NCBI GenBank assembly: GCA_963845755.1
Contig: CAWJTV010000017.1
Location: 9,889 to 73,888, forward strand
From: an uncultured Planctomycetota bacterium
GTDB taxonomy: Bacteria; Planctomycetota; Planctomycetia; Isosphaerales; Isosphaeraceae
DNA: 64,000 nt
Reading direction: 5' to 3'
Numbering within the stretch: position 1 is the stretch's first letter; each line of letters starts with the position of its first letter. Under the pieces are notes generated by a model. It was not told where the DNA came from. It saw only the letters and a program-made list of their open reading frames with translations, and ran no database searches. Below are positions 30,642 through 42,689 of the stretch, one piece after another. The translations under genes and the position numbers were made by a program.

Positions 30642-32757
30642 TCAATCACCCGACTTGGCTCGAGCGCCGGCTCGGGCCGGTTTCGTCCCTTCGGTCTTGG
30701 CCGAGGCTCGCGCGGCAATCCCATCGGCGAGGCCGCGGAGCATGCGAAGTTTGACGTTCGACTTGGACTGTTTCTGGATCCAGTCCAGAACGACCGCAGG
30801 ATCGCCTTGCTCGGCCTGTCGTCTGGCGACCCGTTCCAGGAAGGGTGCCTTCGCATCGGAGAGCTGGTCGGGTAGGAGGAAGTTGCCGTCCGAATCCTGC
30901 TCCGCAGGGATGTAAGTGGGCATGGCATTCGAATCGTCGATCACGTCGATCGCCTTGCGAGCACCGGTCAGGTCGCCAACGGCGAGGCGGGCCTCAACGA
31001 TCTGGCCGAGGGTGCTATTCCGATTGTACATCAACCATGGTGATGCTCCCATGGCCGCGACGGTCTTGAGGGCACCGTCGAGGTCATCAGCACGGGCCTG
31101 GGCCGGGGCGAGGATCTGTAAAACAGGGAGCATCGGGTCGATAGCTGGGGCGAAGGGAGCCGGCGGGCCGTACTGGGCAACATCGGACCAGAGTGTGTCG
31201 TCGGGCACGTTTCGGGCGGCCTCGAGCGCGACGCGGATCGTATTGCGCGCCTCCTCGCGCCGGTTTTCCCTGGCGTATCCCGCGGCGACCTCGCCGAGGA
31301 CCCTGACCTTGGACATGCCGGAATTCAAGACCGCAGCGGTCCGCACCGCACCGGTAAGGTCGCCCGCCTTGGCCTGGAGCATACCGAGCTCCGTCAGGGG
31401 GAAATACGACTCGGCATCCCCGTCGGGCAGCGGAGCGATCATCTCCAAAGCGACGAGGATCGTGTCCCGTGCGGCCTCGCGATCCTTGGCCTTGAGCTGG
31501 GCTTCCGCCACGGCTTTCATGACGTGGATCCGAGCAAGGGTCGCGCGGAAAACATCCACGTTGTTGGCCGGATGCGGCATGCCGACACTTCGGTAAGCCC
31601 CTTCGTAATCGCCGAGACGTGCCTGGGCATCGGCAAGTCGCCGGAAGACCTTCATCTTCCGGGGAGCATGATCGAATCGGGCTTTCGTCGCGAGCTCGAG
31701 GAGCCGGGTCATGGACTCGGGTGCGAACGGACGATCGCTGGACGCGACGGCATCGGCTACAACCCAGAGTGCATAGTGTTGAAGGTTTCCGCCAAGTCGC
31801 TTGGCGATCAGCGTCAACACCTCGTCAACCTGAAGGGCGCGGACGCGGGCGCGGAGAACCGTCTCGATCGCCTTGGCCTTGAAGAACTCCGTCTTCTGGG
31901 ACATCGCAATTTCCAGCGACTGGGACACGGCGGATTTCGCGACTTCGGCCGGCTCTGCCGGCGCGAGTCTTAGTAGTGCCGTGATCCGGTTCAGAGGCTG
32001 TTCGATCGCGTTCGCCGCCTCGAGAGCCTGGCGGATCGTGTCCGCAGCCGCCGCGCCATCGCCCATCCGGGCCTGGACCTGGGCGATCTGTCGCAGCGCG
32101 TCGGCTTTCCTGGCCAGATGATCCGAAGGGAATCCCACAACGATCATGGGCTGCGGGAAGTTGCTCGGTTGACCGTTAATCAAGCGAACCGACTGAAGAG
32201 CCTGTCGTAGCGTGAATCGAACCTCATCCCGGTCGCCCCCTTCGAGCTGCGCGCGTGCGATCTCGACGTAGAGTGCCGTGCGCCGATCGGGGCTGTAGCC
32301 GATCTCCGCGGTCGCATCGAGAGCGGCCTGCCAGGCGGCCTTCGCGCCGGCGCGATCGCCCAGATTTAGTCGGGCACGGCCGATCCGCAGGTCCGTATCC
32401 GCCTGGATCTCCTTCGATAATCCTTGCGGCATCACGATCGACTGTCCCGGAAAGGCTGCCAGGGCCGGCGGATCAAGCCGCATGTTCGCCAGTGCGCGGA
32501 TAATCGAGAGGGACTCATCGAGGATCGACTTGAGCTGTTCCGGAGACGGGGATGGGCTCTTTCCCGGGGCGTCCGTTTTTTCCGAGGAACCTCGGGTCTT
32601 CGGGGTCGCCGCCGGCGTGTCCTGGACCTCGACGGCCCGAACGGGGAGGGCCGGCAGCATGAGAGTGGTAAGGGCCGAAACGACCAGAGACGCGCACATC
32701 AGTGGACTCCGTTTCCATCTGGAGGCTACGGCAAAGGAGGGCTTCCGCCCCCTCATT
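30642..32757 (-). CDS. Hypothetical exported TPR-like helical repeat protein
   Basis: Repeating IAxxQAxxGDxxGA pattern; signal-like N-terminus; start uncertain. Confidence 0.7.
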
Positions 32758-32846
32758 ATCACGCGCACCACCGTCGGTGCAAGCGGGGGCTGAGATTCCC
32801 CCGTGCATAGTCGATGGGACGGGACTCGTCGCGACATGCGAGCTCG

Positions 32847-33317
32847 TCAGGGCATCGCGTTGCGGGCTTTCCAGCGCTCGTAGACCTTGATTCCATCCGG
32901 GTGAGGCTGATGGACCATCGGCATGCGCCGCTGATCCCAGGGCTTGCCGAATTCGGCGTAGAAGTTCGATAGAGTGAAATACCGCCGGTCGTCCACGTAG
33001 AACCGCGAATAGTCATCCCGGGTGGTGATGAACACAACGCGGTCGGGACTGCAATAGTACATGGCGGCGAGGCACATCGGGCAAGGGTGCGCAAGGATAT
33101 AGAACTCGCAGCCGCGGAAGTCCTCGGACTGGAGCTTCGCCGACGCCTCACGAATCGCGCAGATCTCGGCGTGCGCGGTCGGGTCGTGCGTCTGCGCGAC
33201 GAGATTGACGCCCTCCGCGAGGATCTGGCTGTCCTTGACAATCAGGCAGGCGAACGGCCTTCCGCCTTGCTCGACGTTGGACAAGGCAAGTTCAATCGTA
33301 CGGCGTATGAAATCCAT
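32847..33317 (-). CDS. Nucleoside/guanine deaminase (cytidine deaminase fold)
   Basis: RPFAC, HDPTAHAEI, HPCPMCLAAMY. Confidence 0.9.
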   Translation of the reverse strand: MDFIRRTIELALSNVEQGGRPFACLIVKDSQILAEGVNLVAQTHDPTAHAEICAIREASAKLQSEDFRGCEFYILAHPCPMCLAAMYYCSPDRVVFITTRDDYSRFYVDDRRYFTLSNFYAEFGKPWDQRRMPMVHQPHPDGIKVYERWKARNAMP

Positions 33318-33670
33318 GTCGGCTCGATCCGAAAGGCGGTGGCGCTCGAGAATCGGGTACCGGACGAGCGAGAGTCGATCGCGAACGATCCACCGCGAGG
33401 CCGAGCGTCATCAACCCTCCATGACCAGTATAGGCGAGCCACCTTCGCGTGCCTACAGCGCGCGAGACTCGATCGGCCATGGGGCTTTCATAGCGCGGAG
33501 GTTCCACGACCGTCTCGCTCCCCGACTCGGAGCAGAGGCCCAGGAATCCCTCGGTAGTGCGAGCCGTCGTGCGAGCCGACATCGGGTAGCGGCTCGGAAG
33601 GCGCCTCGTCTTCCCACAATCCGATCCCCATATCCGTGGTGCACTACCCCAGACTTACCTTGCACTGGGA

Positions 33671-33943
33671 TCAATGACACGCGAGGCTTCTCCGGCTCAA
33701 GTACGCTTCAACGTCGTACTTGGCCTCCGCCAGGCCGACTCCCGTCGCCTCGCGATGAAGCTTGATCGCGCCGATCTTGTCCCCTTGATCGGCCCGTGCT
33801 CGCGCCTCTGTCGAGAGGTTCCAGGTCTCGGTATAGTCGATTCCCAGTTTCGCGAGGATCAGATCGATCTTCTGCTCGACGCGCCGCAGACGCACTGCAT
33901 CCTCATGCGAAAAATCGGACGACTGGCCAAGAATATCAATCAT
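33671..33943 (-). CDS. Small protein with ribosomal L7/L12 C-terminal-like domain
   Basis: GDKIGAIKLHREATGVGLAEAKYDVE. Confidence 0.75.
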   Translation of the reverse strand: MIDILGQSSDFSHEDAVRLRRVEQKIDLILAKLGIDYTETWNLSTEARARADQGDKIGAIKLHREATGVGLAEAKYDVEAYLSRRSLACH

Positions 33944-34135
33944 GGGTGTTTCCCCATCTCTCTCTGTGCACGATTGGATCCGACAGTCCATTCGTCGGAT
34001 GGGCCGCGAGATTGCCGGGAATCGCCGGTTTGGTGTCACGAATCTCGGTCATTTCCACCGCGAGCCGACTTGTGGTAGAAGCGATGCACGTGGGTCGCGA
34101 CGACGACTTGACATGCAGAGTTCTCCCCAACACTC

Positions 34136-34291
34136 TAGAGTCGTCCTCCGTAGGATCCCTGCCGCCGTGCCGCACCTCTGGGGATTCCGAATTCCGGATT
34201 CGCGATTCCGGGTACCCGGATCATTCCCCTTCGGGAATCCGGAATCGCGAATCGGGAATCCCGATTGGGTTGCGGCCGCGGGCCGCGTTAG
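34136..34291 (-). mobile_element. MITE-like non-autonomous element, copy 2
   Basis: Inverted relative of 3228-3402, same termini with a different heptamer core. Confidence 0.75.
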
Positions 34292-34340
34292 GACATACGA
34301 CCCGACAATTTGTTTGAGTCTTCCGGCGAGGAGCACCACG

Positions 34341-36399
34341 ATGGCGATGAAGCGACTGATTCTGGACACTCTGGCTCGAACGGGGATAATCGCCGTTACG
34401 GTCATGGTCATGGCAATCGCATCGGCGAACGCACAGCCTCCTCCCACACCACCGGCAGGGCCGATCGGCCGATCTCCGGTAGCCGGGACATCTTCGACCT
34501 CTTCGACCGCGATCGCGCACAATCCTCTCGATCCTCTGGATCCAGCCGAGATTCAGACCGCCGTCGAGATCCTCCGTAAAGACAAGAGACTGCCGGACTC
34601 ATTCCGGTTCGTGACCGTCACTCTGAAAGAACCTCCCAAGGAGTGGATTCTCCAACCACGATCGGAGAGCCGCTGCCCGCGCGAGGTCTTCGTGATCCTG
34701 CTGGACAATGCGGCCGGACGCGGTTATGAGGCGGTGGTCGACCTCGGCCGTCGAGCTGTGGTCCGATACGATATGCTCCCGGAGGGAGTGCAGCCTCCGA
34801 TCATGATCGACGAGTTCGGCGAGTGTGAGGAGGCTGCCCGGCGGTCGCCCGAGTTCCGCGCAGCGTGCCGGAAGCGGGGGATCGAGGACTTGAGCCTCGT
34901 GATGGTCAACGCCTGGTCGGCGGGCCACTACGGGAATGAACCCCCCGAGGACCGGGGCAAGCGGCTCTGCCGCGCTTTGTGCTGGGTGCGCTCCGAGCCC
35001 AGCGATAACGGCTACGCGCGGCCGATCGAGGGACTCGTCGTGGTGATTGACCTCAACCGCAAAGAGGTCCTCCGTGTCGAGGATTTCGGCGCGATCCCCC
35101 TCCCTCCCCAGGCCGGTAACTGGGTGCGTCAGTACAACAAGGAGACCCGCACCGATCTCAAGCCCCTGGAAGTCATCCAGCCGGGAGGGTCGAGCTTCAA
35201 CGTTCGCGGCCAGGAGCTCTCGTGGCAGAAGTGGAACCTGCGCATCGGCTTCAACCCGCGCGAGGGACTCGTGCTTCACACGATCCATTACGACGGACGA
35301 CCCGTGCTGTACCGCGCGTCGATCTCGGAGATGATCGTGCCCTACGCCGACCCGAAGGAATGCGCCTACCGCAAGAACGCGTTCGACCTCGGCGAGTATG
35401 GCGTGGGGATGATGGCCAACTCGCTCGCGATGGGGTGCGATTGCCTCGGCGCCATCCGCTACTTCGACGGCCACCTCGCCGACAGTCGTGGCCGGGGCAT
35501 TACCATCAAGAATGCCATCTGCGTCCACGAGGAGGATTTCGGCATCCTCTGGAAGCATTCGGATTGGCGGACGAGCCAGTCCGAGGTCCGTCGGTGCGCA
35601 CCGGTTGTCCGTATCGATGGTCGCAACCGTGGGCAATTACGACTACGGGTTCTACTGGTACTTCTACCAGGACGGCACGATCCAGATGGAGGTGAAGCTC
35701 ACGGGGATCATGAACTCGTCCGGATTGAAGTCGGGTGAAAAGCCGCGGTTCGGGACGGAGGTCGCCCCGCAGGTGAACGCCCCGAATCATCAGCACTTCT
35801 TTGGCGCACGGCTGGACTTCTCCGTCGATGGAGAAGACAACACCGTCTACGAAGTCAACACGAAAAGCGTGCCTTCCGGCCCCGAGAATCCGCACGGCAA
35901 CGCGTTCTTCGCCGAGGCGACGCCCCTCTTGAAAGAGTCGGAAGCCCAGCGAACGACGAACCAGCCCTCATCGCGGTTCTGGCGAGTCGTCAACCCCGGC
36001 CGCAAGAACAGCCTGGGCCAGCCCGTCGCCTATCGTCTCTGTCCGGGTGAGAACGTCCTACCGTACGCCCTGCCCGGGGCGGCGGTGCTCCGGCGGGCGG
36101 GATTCCTCACGAAGAACCTCTGGGTCACGCCTTATGATCCCCGCGAGCGTTACCCGACCGGCGACTACCCCAATCAGAATCCCGGCGTCAACGGCCTGCC
36201 GAAGTGGACCCAGGCCGATCGTGACATCGGCGCTCGCGACCTGGTTGTCTGGTACACCTTCGGCCAGACCCACATCCCGCGAATTGAAGACTGGCCCGTC
36301 ATGCCCGTGGCCTCGGTCGGCTTCTTGCTCCGGCCCGACGGCTTCTTCGATCGTAACCCGGCCCTGGACCTACCGCCGCCATCGACCGCGGCGAATTGA
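34341..36399 (+). CDS. Copper-containing primary amine oxidase (frameshift near 35590)
   Basis: HNPLDPL, NAFDLGEYG catalytic Asp, TVGNYDY TPQ consensus, HQH Cu ligands, HIPRIEDWPVMP; N-terminal signal peptide. Confidence 0.93.
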
Positions 36400-36484
36400 G
36401 TGGGAAGTCGCCGTTGACGGCGTCATTCTCGCTTGGGGACAGGGCCTGCCGGTCGTGCTCCCGCGCGATGTTGTCGCCATGCGT

Positions 36485-39330
36485 CTACCGTCCGCCCCCG
36501 GCGGCGGGTTCGGTCAATGGATTGCCCTCCGCGTCGAGCCGCCGCACCGACTTCACGAACGGGAGAGTCTTGAGCGGCCCCTCGATTCTTGACCGGTCCC
36601 CGACGATCAGGACCGTCATGTTGTCGGGCGTGATGTATTTCGTGGCGACGCGCTCGATGTCAACCCGATTGAGTGCCTCGATTCGGGCCTGATAGCGGTC
36701 GAGCTCGTCGTCGGGCAAGTCATAGGCGACCAGGTTGGCGAGCTGGCCGGCGACGCCGAAGGTCGTCTCGAACCGGCTGGGGAAGCCCAGGACGATCCGC
36801 TCCTTGGCGAAGGCGAGCTCGCCGTCGGTGGCGGGCCGGTTGCCGGCGATGTCGGCCAGCTCTTTGAAGATCTCGACCAGCGATTCCTTGGTCACCGTGG
36901 TCTCGACCGTGCCTCCGACTTCGAACGGTCCCGGGCCCCGGTCGAACGAGAAACCCGAGTCCACCCCGTAACTGTACCCTTTCTCAACGCGGAGGTTCCG
37001 GTTGAGCCGGCTCTCGAACTGACCGCCGAGGATCGCGTTGAGCACGACCAGGGCGGAGTAATCGAGCGAGGTTCGCGCGGCGCCGATCCGTCCGACGGTG
37101 AGGACCGACTGTGCCGCGGCCGGCTTGTCGATCAGGAAGAGGGTCCGCGACGAGTCGGGCGGCGCCAGAGGCTCGAATGAGGGTTGCGGTGGGATCTGGC
37201 CTGCCGCGCCATGTGCCAAATCGGGCCTCGATTGCGGCTGTGATTGCATCGGGTCGCGCGTCGCCGACGATCACCAGCACGGAATTTCCCGGCACCATGA
37301 TCCGCCGGTAGAACGCAACGACATCATCGCGTGTGATCGATTTGATCGAGGTCGGCGTGCCGAGGTCGGGGCGGCCGTAAGGATGGTCGGGCCCAAAGAT
37401 CAACTGGGTGAAGACCGCGGTGGCGGTCAACTCTGGGTCGTCGGTGCGCGCCTTGAGGAAGGACAGCCGCTCGATCCTTGCCCGGTCCAGGGCTTTGTCA
37501 GAGAATGAAGGATCCCTCACCACGTCCACGAAGAGGTCGAGGGCACGGTCCTGATGTCGCGTCAAAGTCGTCAGACTGATGGCGGTCGATTCCAGTCCTC
37601 CCGAGCACGAGAGGATGGCACCGATCTCCGATAAGTCGCCGGCCAGTTGAAGCGCGGTGCGCCGCCTTCGTCCCTTCTTCGAGGAGGCTGGCGGCAAGTG
37701 AGGCCAGTCCCTCTTTCCCCTTGGGTGCGAGAGATTCTCCGGATTTCACGACCAGCTCGACCGTCACGATCGGCAGTTCATGTCGCTCGATGATTCGGAG
37801 CTCCAGGCCGTTGGAAAGTCGTCGGCGTTCGAATCGGGGAGCTCGGTAACGAGGCGTCGGACCGAGGTCGGGCATGATCGAGCGATCAAAGTTGTCCGGG
37901 ATTTCCGCCAGCGGTGGAGCGGGAGAAGTCGCGGTCTGTGGATGGACCGCGGCGGCGACGGGCGGCCGGTTCGCCGCCTCGCCGGGTGAGATGTCGAGCT
38001 CGACTCGATTGGGCCCGAGATACTTCAGTGCGACGCGCCGGACGTCCTCGGGCGTGACCGCGAAGACCTTGTCCAGCTCGGTCCGATAGGCCAACGGATC
38101 GCCGAAAACCGCCTGATACTGGTTGAGCACAGCGGCCTTGCGGGCCACCGACTGGAGTCCCATGATCAGCTCGCTCTCGCGTTGGTTCTGCACCTTGCGG
38201 ACCTCCAATGCGGTAGGGCCTTCGCGCCGGAGCCGCTCGATCTGGGCATCGGCGATCTTCACCAAATCGTCGAGCCGCCCATCGGAGTGGGCGGAGAGCT
38301 CAACCTCGAAGGTTCCGGCCAGCAATCGGGTTGGATGCGCGGCCGCCACGCCGGCTGCGAGCTGCCGGTCGTACATTAACTCGCGGAAGAGCCGATTCTC
38401 CTTGTCGAGCCCGCCCAGGACAGCGGCCAGCATGTCGAGCGCGGGTTCGTCCGGGTGTCCGGCGGGCACGGTGGGCCACACCAACTGGACGCGCGGCAGG
38501 CTCACCGCGTCGGTCAGTCGGATCTGCTTGGGTGCCGAGAAGCTCGGCACGGCCGGCTTGGGCGGTATGAGTCGCGGACCGCGGGGCAGCGGGCCGAAGT
38601 AGCGCGCGATCCACGCCCGGACCTGTTCGGGAGCAAAATCACCTGCGACGCAAAGGATGGCGTTGTCGGGGGCGTAGTAAGCCTGGAAGAACGCCGACAC
38701 GTCCGCCAGGCTCGCGGCCGACAGATCGGCCATCGACCCGATGACGCTGTGACGGTAGGGATGATCCTCGGGATAGAGTGCCTCCCGGATGGCCTCATCC
38801 GCCTGGCCGTACGGCGCGTTGTCAACCGTCTCCCTCCGTTCATTCTTGACCACGTCCCGCTCCCGGTCGAGTTTCTCCTGCGTCATCGCCGGCAGCAGGA
38901 AGCCCATCCGATCGGCCTCGAGCCAGAGGGCTCGTTCCAGCGCATTGCGGGGAACCCGCTCGTAATACTCGGTCCGGTCCTCGTCGGTCGTTGCGTTGCT
39001 CTCGGCGCCGAGCCGCTCCAGCGGTCGGGAGAAATCCTGGTTGTGGTGCTTGGAACCCAGGAACATCATGTGTTCGAACAGGTGGGCAAACCCCGTGCGG
39101 CCGGGCTTCTCGTCCTTCGACCCGACCTGGTAATAGACGTCAACAGCCGCCACGGGCGTCGTGTGGTCCTCGTGGAGCAGGACGGTCAAGCCATTCGGGA
39201 GCGTGTATTTCTCGATCTTCAGGTCGGGAATCTGGGGTTTCCTCGCTTCGTCAGCCCCCTGGACAAATCGCGTCCATAAGACAATCCCTGCCAGTGCCAG
39301 GCTGGCCCGCCGGCGCATGTTCCGACTCAT
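36485..39330 (-). CDS. M16-family zinc peptidase, four-domain (frameshifts near 37665 and 37210)
   Basis: TGFAHLFEHMMF (HxxEH), ERDVVKNERR, second LSNGL lobe, RLNRNLRVEKGYSYG; AAGGAGG RBS. Confidence 0.9.
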
Positions 39331-39397
39331 CGAATCGAACCCTCCTTGAACGTGGTGGCTGGCCAAGCGGCTGACCGAATGGCCCGCGTCATCGGTC

Positions 39398-40911
39398 TCA
39401 GTGCCCATGCGCTGTCGCGGCCGGTTCCTCATCGGCATGCGGCCCGGGCGAATCGCTCTCGGCCTCGCCGTTTCCGGACGTCTGGCGCGGAGGAAGCCAT
39501 AGAAGAACCGCAGGGCCGTCTGGAAGAAGCCTTTCTCCAGCCGGGTGGCCAGGAACTGGTCGGCCAGGCTTCGCGCCGCGCCGGCATAGGTCGGATAGAT
39601 GGGAACGGCCGCGGCGATGTCGGCGAGTCCGAGGCCCTTCTCCATCGCGAGGACAAATGGCTGGAGGATCAACGCCGCCTCATCGCCGACAACGGTTACG
39701 CCCAGGATTTTTCCGCCCGGTGTCGCGAGCACCTTGGCGAAACCGGCGGTCCGCCGGTCGATCCGGGCGCGGTCGACCTCCGTGAATGGGACCCGATAGA
39801 CCCGGTGATCCCGAGACTCCGCGACGGCCTGAGCCTCGGAGATCCCCACGGAGGCCACTTCCGGATCCGAGAACGTGGCCCTCGGGATCGACTCGTGGTG
39901 GAGCTTCTTGTACTTCCGCAGCACGGCGTTCTGAAAGACAATTGCAGCCTCTTGCTCCGCCGCGTGTGCCCACTGCTCGCGCATCAGGACGTCGCCGACG
40001 GCGTAGATTCGGCTCGAGTGCGTCTGGAAATAGTCGTCCACCTCGATCCCATGCTGCGCATCCGCATGAACGCCGACTGCTTCCAAGTTGAGCCCTTCAA
40101 CCTGCGCGACCCGGCCGGACTCGACCAGGATCTCCATGCTGGCCACCTCGCCAGTCGAGCCCGTGACCGTGTCGCGAAAGACACAGGCCTTCTTCCCAGA
40201 TCGAACTTCGACCTTCGCAATCTCGACGTTCAGGTGAATGGTCATTCCCTCCGCCTTCAGGACCCCAGCCAGGCATTCCGATGCTTCGAGATCCTCCTGC
40301 GGCAGGATTCGCGGGGAACTGGCCAGGATCGTCACCTGCGAGCCAAACCGCGCGAAGCTCTGGGCGAACTCGATCGCCGACGGCCCGGAACCGATCACCG
40401 TGAGGCTCTCCGGCAAGCGCTCCAGAGACCCGATCCGGATGTCATCGAGGTACCCGGCTTCGGACAGACCCGGGACCTCGGGGATGGCTGGCCGCGACCC
40501 GGTGGCGATCACGAACCGTTGGCCGAGGACGGTCGTCGTTCCGTCGATCCGGACCGTGTCATAAGCCTCAAACGCCGCTGAACCATGGTAGATCTCGATC
40601 CCTCTCGCGCGCAGCACCTCGTCCGACTCGTCGACGGCGAAACCCTCCACGACCGATCGCACGTATTTCATCACGGCGGGGAAATCCACGTCCACCGTCC
40701 CCGTCCTCAGCCCGAATGATCCGGCCGAGCGGACCTGGCGGACGAGCTTCGCCGCTTGCACCAGCCCTTTGCTCGGCACGCAACCAGCGAGCGTTCCCTC
40801 GCCACCCAACCGCTTCTTCTCGACCAAGGCCACCCGGGCGCCCACCCTTGCGGCAGCCGTCGCGACACGCAACCCGCCCGACCCCCCGCCGATCACCACC
40901 AGGTCGTACAT
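39398..40911 (-). CDS. Pyridine nucleotide-disulfide oxidoreductase-like flavoprotein (mercuric reductase/Lpd family)
   Basis: YDLVVIGGGSGG, GCVPSK, IATGSRP, IYAVGDV, FSDPEVASVG; probable stop at 39398 after a frameshift near 39490. Confidence 0.85.
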
Positions 40912-41005
40912 TGCTCGCTCGCTTCGATAGTAGTCAGTAGTCAGTGGTCAGTTGTCAGCAGTATAAAGGAGCAGGGAGCACGGACCAAGCACCAGGGGAC
41001 CGCTA

Positions 41006-42523
41006 ATGCCCAAGAAAGTCGCCATCTTCTGGCCGGGAGATTATCGCACCAGGCCGAACGAGTGGGCGCTGGCGCAGTCGCGCGAGACGACCGACCAGTT
41101 GGTCACGGCCCTTCGGAAGCTCGGCAGATCGCCCTATGTGGTGGAGGGCTACTTGACTCGTCCCGACGAGGCGATCCGCAAGCTGGGACCGATCGACGAT
41201 CCGATGATCGGCGTGTTCGTCCACTGGACGTATGCACCTCACACCGTGGACGGGGTCGTCGGGAAGGACAACCCCCTGTTGCTGGCCTCAAACTTCTCGG
41301 GCACCTGGCCGGGTCTGGTGGCGCTCTTGAACACCGGGGCCTCGCTGGAGAGCGTCGGCCGCGCGGCATCGCGGGCCTGGACCGACTCACCGAACTGGTC
41401 GGCCGACACCCGCTTTATGGATCGACTCGACGAATGGTGTACGACCGGGCAGATCCGCTACGAGACCGGAGAACTGCGCGGAGCCGGCGCCGTGTCCTCG
41501 GAGTCCGTCCAGATCGCCGAACACGTCCTCGACGGAATCCGCCGTCGCCGCATCCTGGCGCTGATGCTCGGCGACACGTCGATGGGTATGATCAACGGCT
41601 ACTTCGGTCCCCGTCTGCTGTACCGGATCGGGTTCAGCGAGCATAAGGTCGATCAGGCCTGGTTGATCGATCGGCTGCGATCGGTCGCCGATGACCGAGT
41701 AGAGCAGGCATTTCGATTCGTCCAGGACCGCGGTGTGACGTTCCACTGGCAGGAGGAAGACGCTGAGGACTTCACGGCGGCCTCGACGCGCGAGCAACTC
41801 CGCGGCTACCTGGCCGTGCTCGACTTACTCGCCGAATTCCAGGCGGATTGCCTGGGCTGGCAATACCAGCTCGGTCTCTTGAAACTGCTACCACCCAGCG
41901 ATTTCGCGGAGGGTCTGTTCAACTCGCACGCACGGCCGGAGGGCGACGGCGAGGTCGTGATCACGGGCACCGAGGCCGATCAGGGTAACCTGGTGCCCAT
42001 GGAACTGATGAAACGCGTGCTCCTGGCCCGGGGCCTGCCGGCTGCGGTGATGTTCCACGACGTCCGATGGGGTGCGCGGCATGACGGTCGATTCCTCTGG
42101 GTCCTGTTGAATTCGGGGAGCTGCGGCGCCTACGCATTCAACCACGATGTGACGAGTCTGGCGGGCGTACACAGTTACCGTCAGCCATCGGGATACTTCC
42201 CCGTGCCGGGTGGAACATTTGCCGGAGTGAGCCTGCCCGGCCCGATCACGTGGGCACGCTCCTGGATCGACCGGACCGGTCAACTCGTCATGGATCTCGG
42301 CCGTGGCGAGTCGGTCGCCTTGCCGGAGGATGTCCGCGAAGCCTGGTGGCGCGGTACCACCCGGCAGTGGCCGTTCATGGCCGCCGACCTCGGCTGCTCG
42401 ATGGAAACGATCATGGCCCATTACATGAGCAACCACATCGCCGTCGCGTATGGGGACATCTTCGGAGAGATGGTTGCGCTGTCGCAATCGCTGGGATTCC
42501 GGGTTCGGATTATGGCCTCGTGA
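41006..42523 (+). CDS. L-fucose/L-arabinose isomerase-like protein
   Basis: NFSGTWPGLV, GWQYQLG, EADQG, HDVRWG, NSG, NHIAVAYG. Confidence 0.75.
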   Translation: MPKKVAIFWPGDYRTRPNEWALAQSRETTDQLVTALRKLGRSPYVVEGYLTRPDEAIRKLGPIDDPMIGVFVHWTYAPHTVDGVVGKDNPLLLASNFSGTWPGLVALLNTGASLESVGRAASRAWTDSPNWSADTRFMDRLDEWCTTGQIRYETGELRGAGAVSSESVQIAEHVLDGIRRRRILALMLGDTSMGMINGYFGPRLLYRIGFSEHKVDQAWLIDRLRSVADDRVEQAFRFVQDRGVTFHWQEEDAEDFTAASTREQLRGYLAVLDLLAEFQADCLGWQYQLGLLKLLPPSDFAEGLFNSHARPEGDGEVVITGTEADQGNLVPMELMKRVLLARGLPAAVMFHDVRWGARHDGRFLWVLLNSGSCGAYAFNHDVTSLAGVHSYRQPSGYFPVPGGTFAGVSLPGPITWARSWIDRTGQLVMDLGRGESVALPEDVREAWWRGTTRQWPFMAADLGCSMETIMAHYMSNHIAVAYGDIFGEMVALSQSLGFRVRIMAS

Positions 42524-42689
42524 TCGACGTGAAACGTCCAGGCAGCCGGTCGGTCGGACGCTTCGGCCGAACGGGAGACTTTCATTCCGAATTCTTGCGG
42601 GGACCGGCTTTCCGATCGCAAAGAGGCTTGATACACTCAATGAATCCCCCTCGGGGATACCGAAAGGCATGAAGAAGGAACCCGTGATC

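Noticed and set aside
29426..30754. C-terminally extended aminotransferase overlapping the convergent gene
   Set aside because: A frameshift near 30562 restores a normal end (RLRRLRVLA, stop 30594)
33671..33943. Ribosomal protein gene rplL
   Set aside because: Only a C-terminal-like motif, no L7/L12 N-terminal domain, and not in the rplJ-rpoB context
37498..40911. 1137-aa ORF fusing a flavoprotein oxidoreductase to an M16 peptidase
   Set aside because: A one-base shift near 39490 gives a natural stop at 39398, and the peptidase has its own AAGGAGG RBS and signal peptide at 39330; probable indel artefact
40929..41000. Heptamer runs (GTAGTCA-like, GGAGCA-like) and similar runs at 580-680 and 12980-13045
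   Set aside because: Short degenerate simple repeats in intergenic DNA with no further structure
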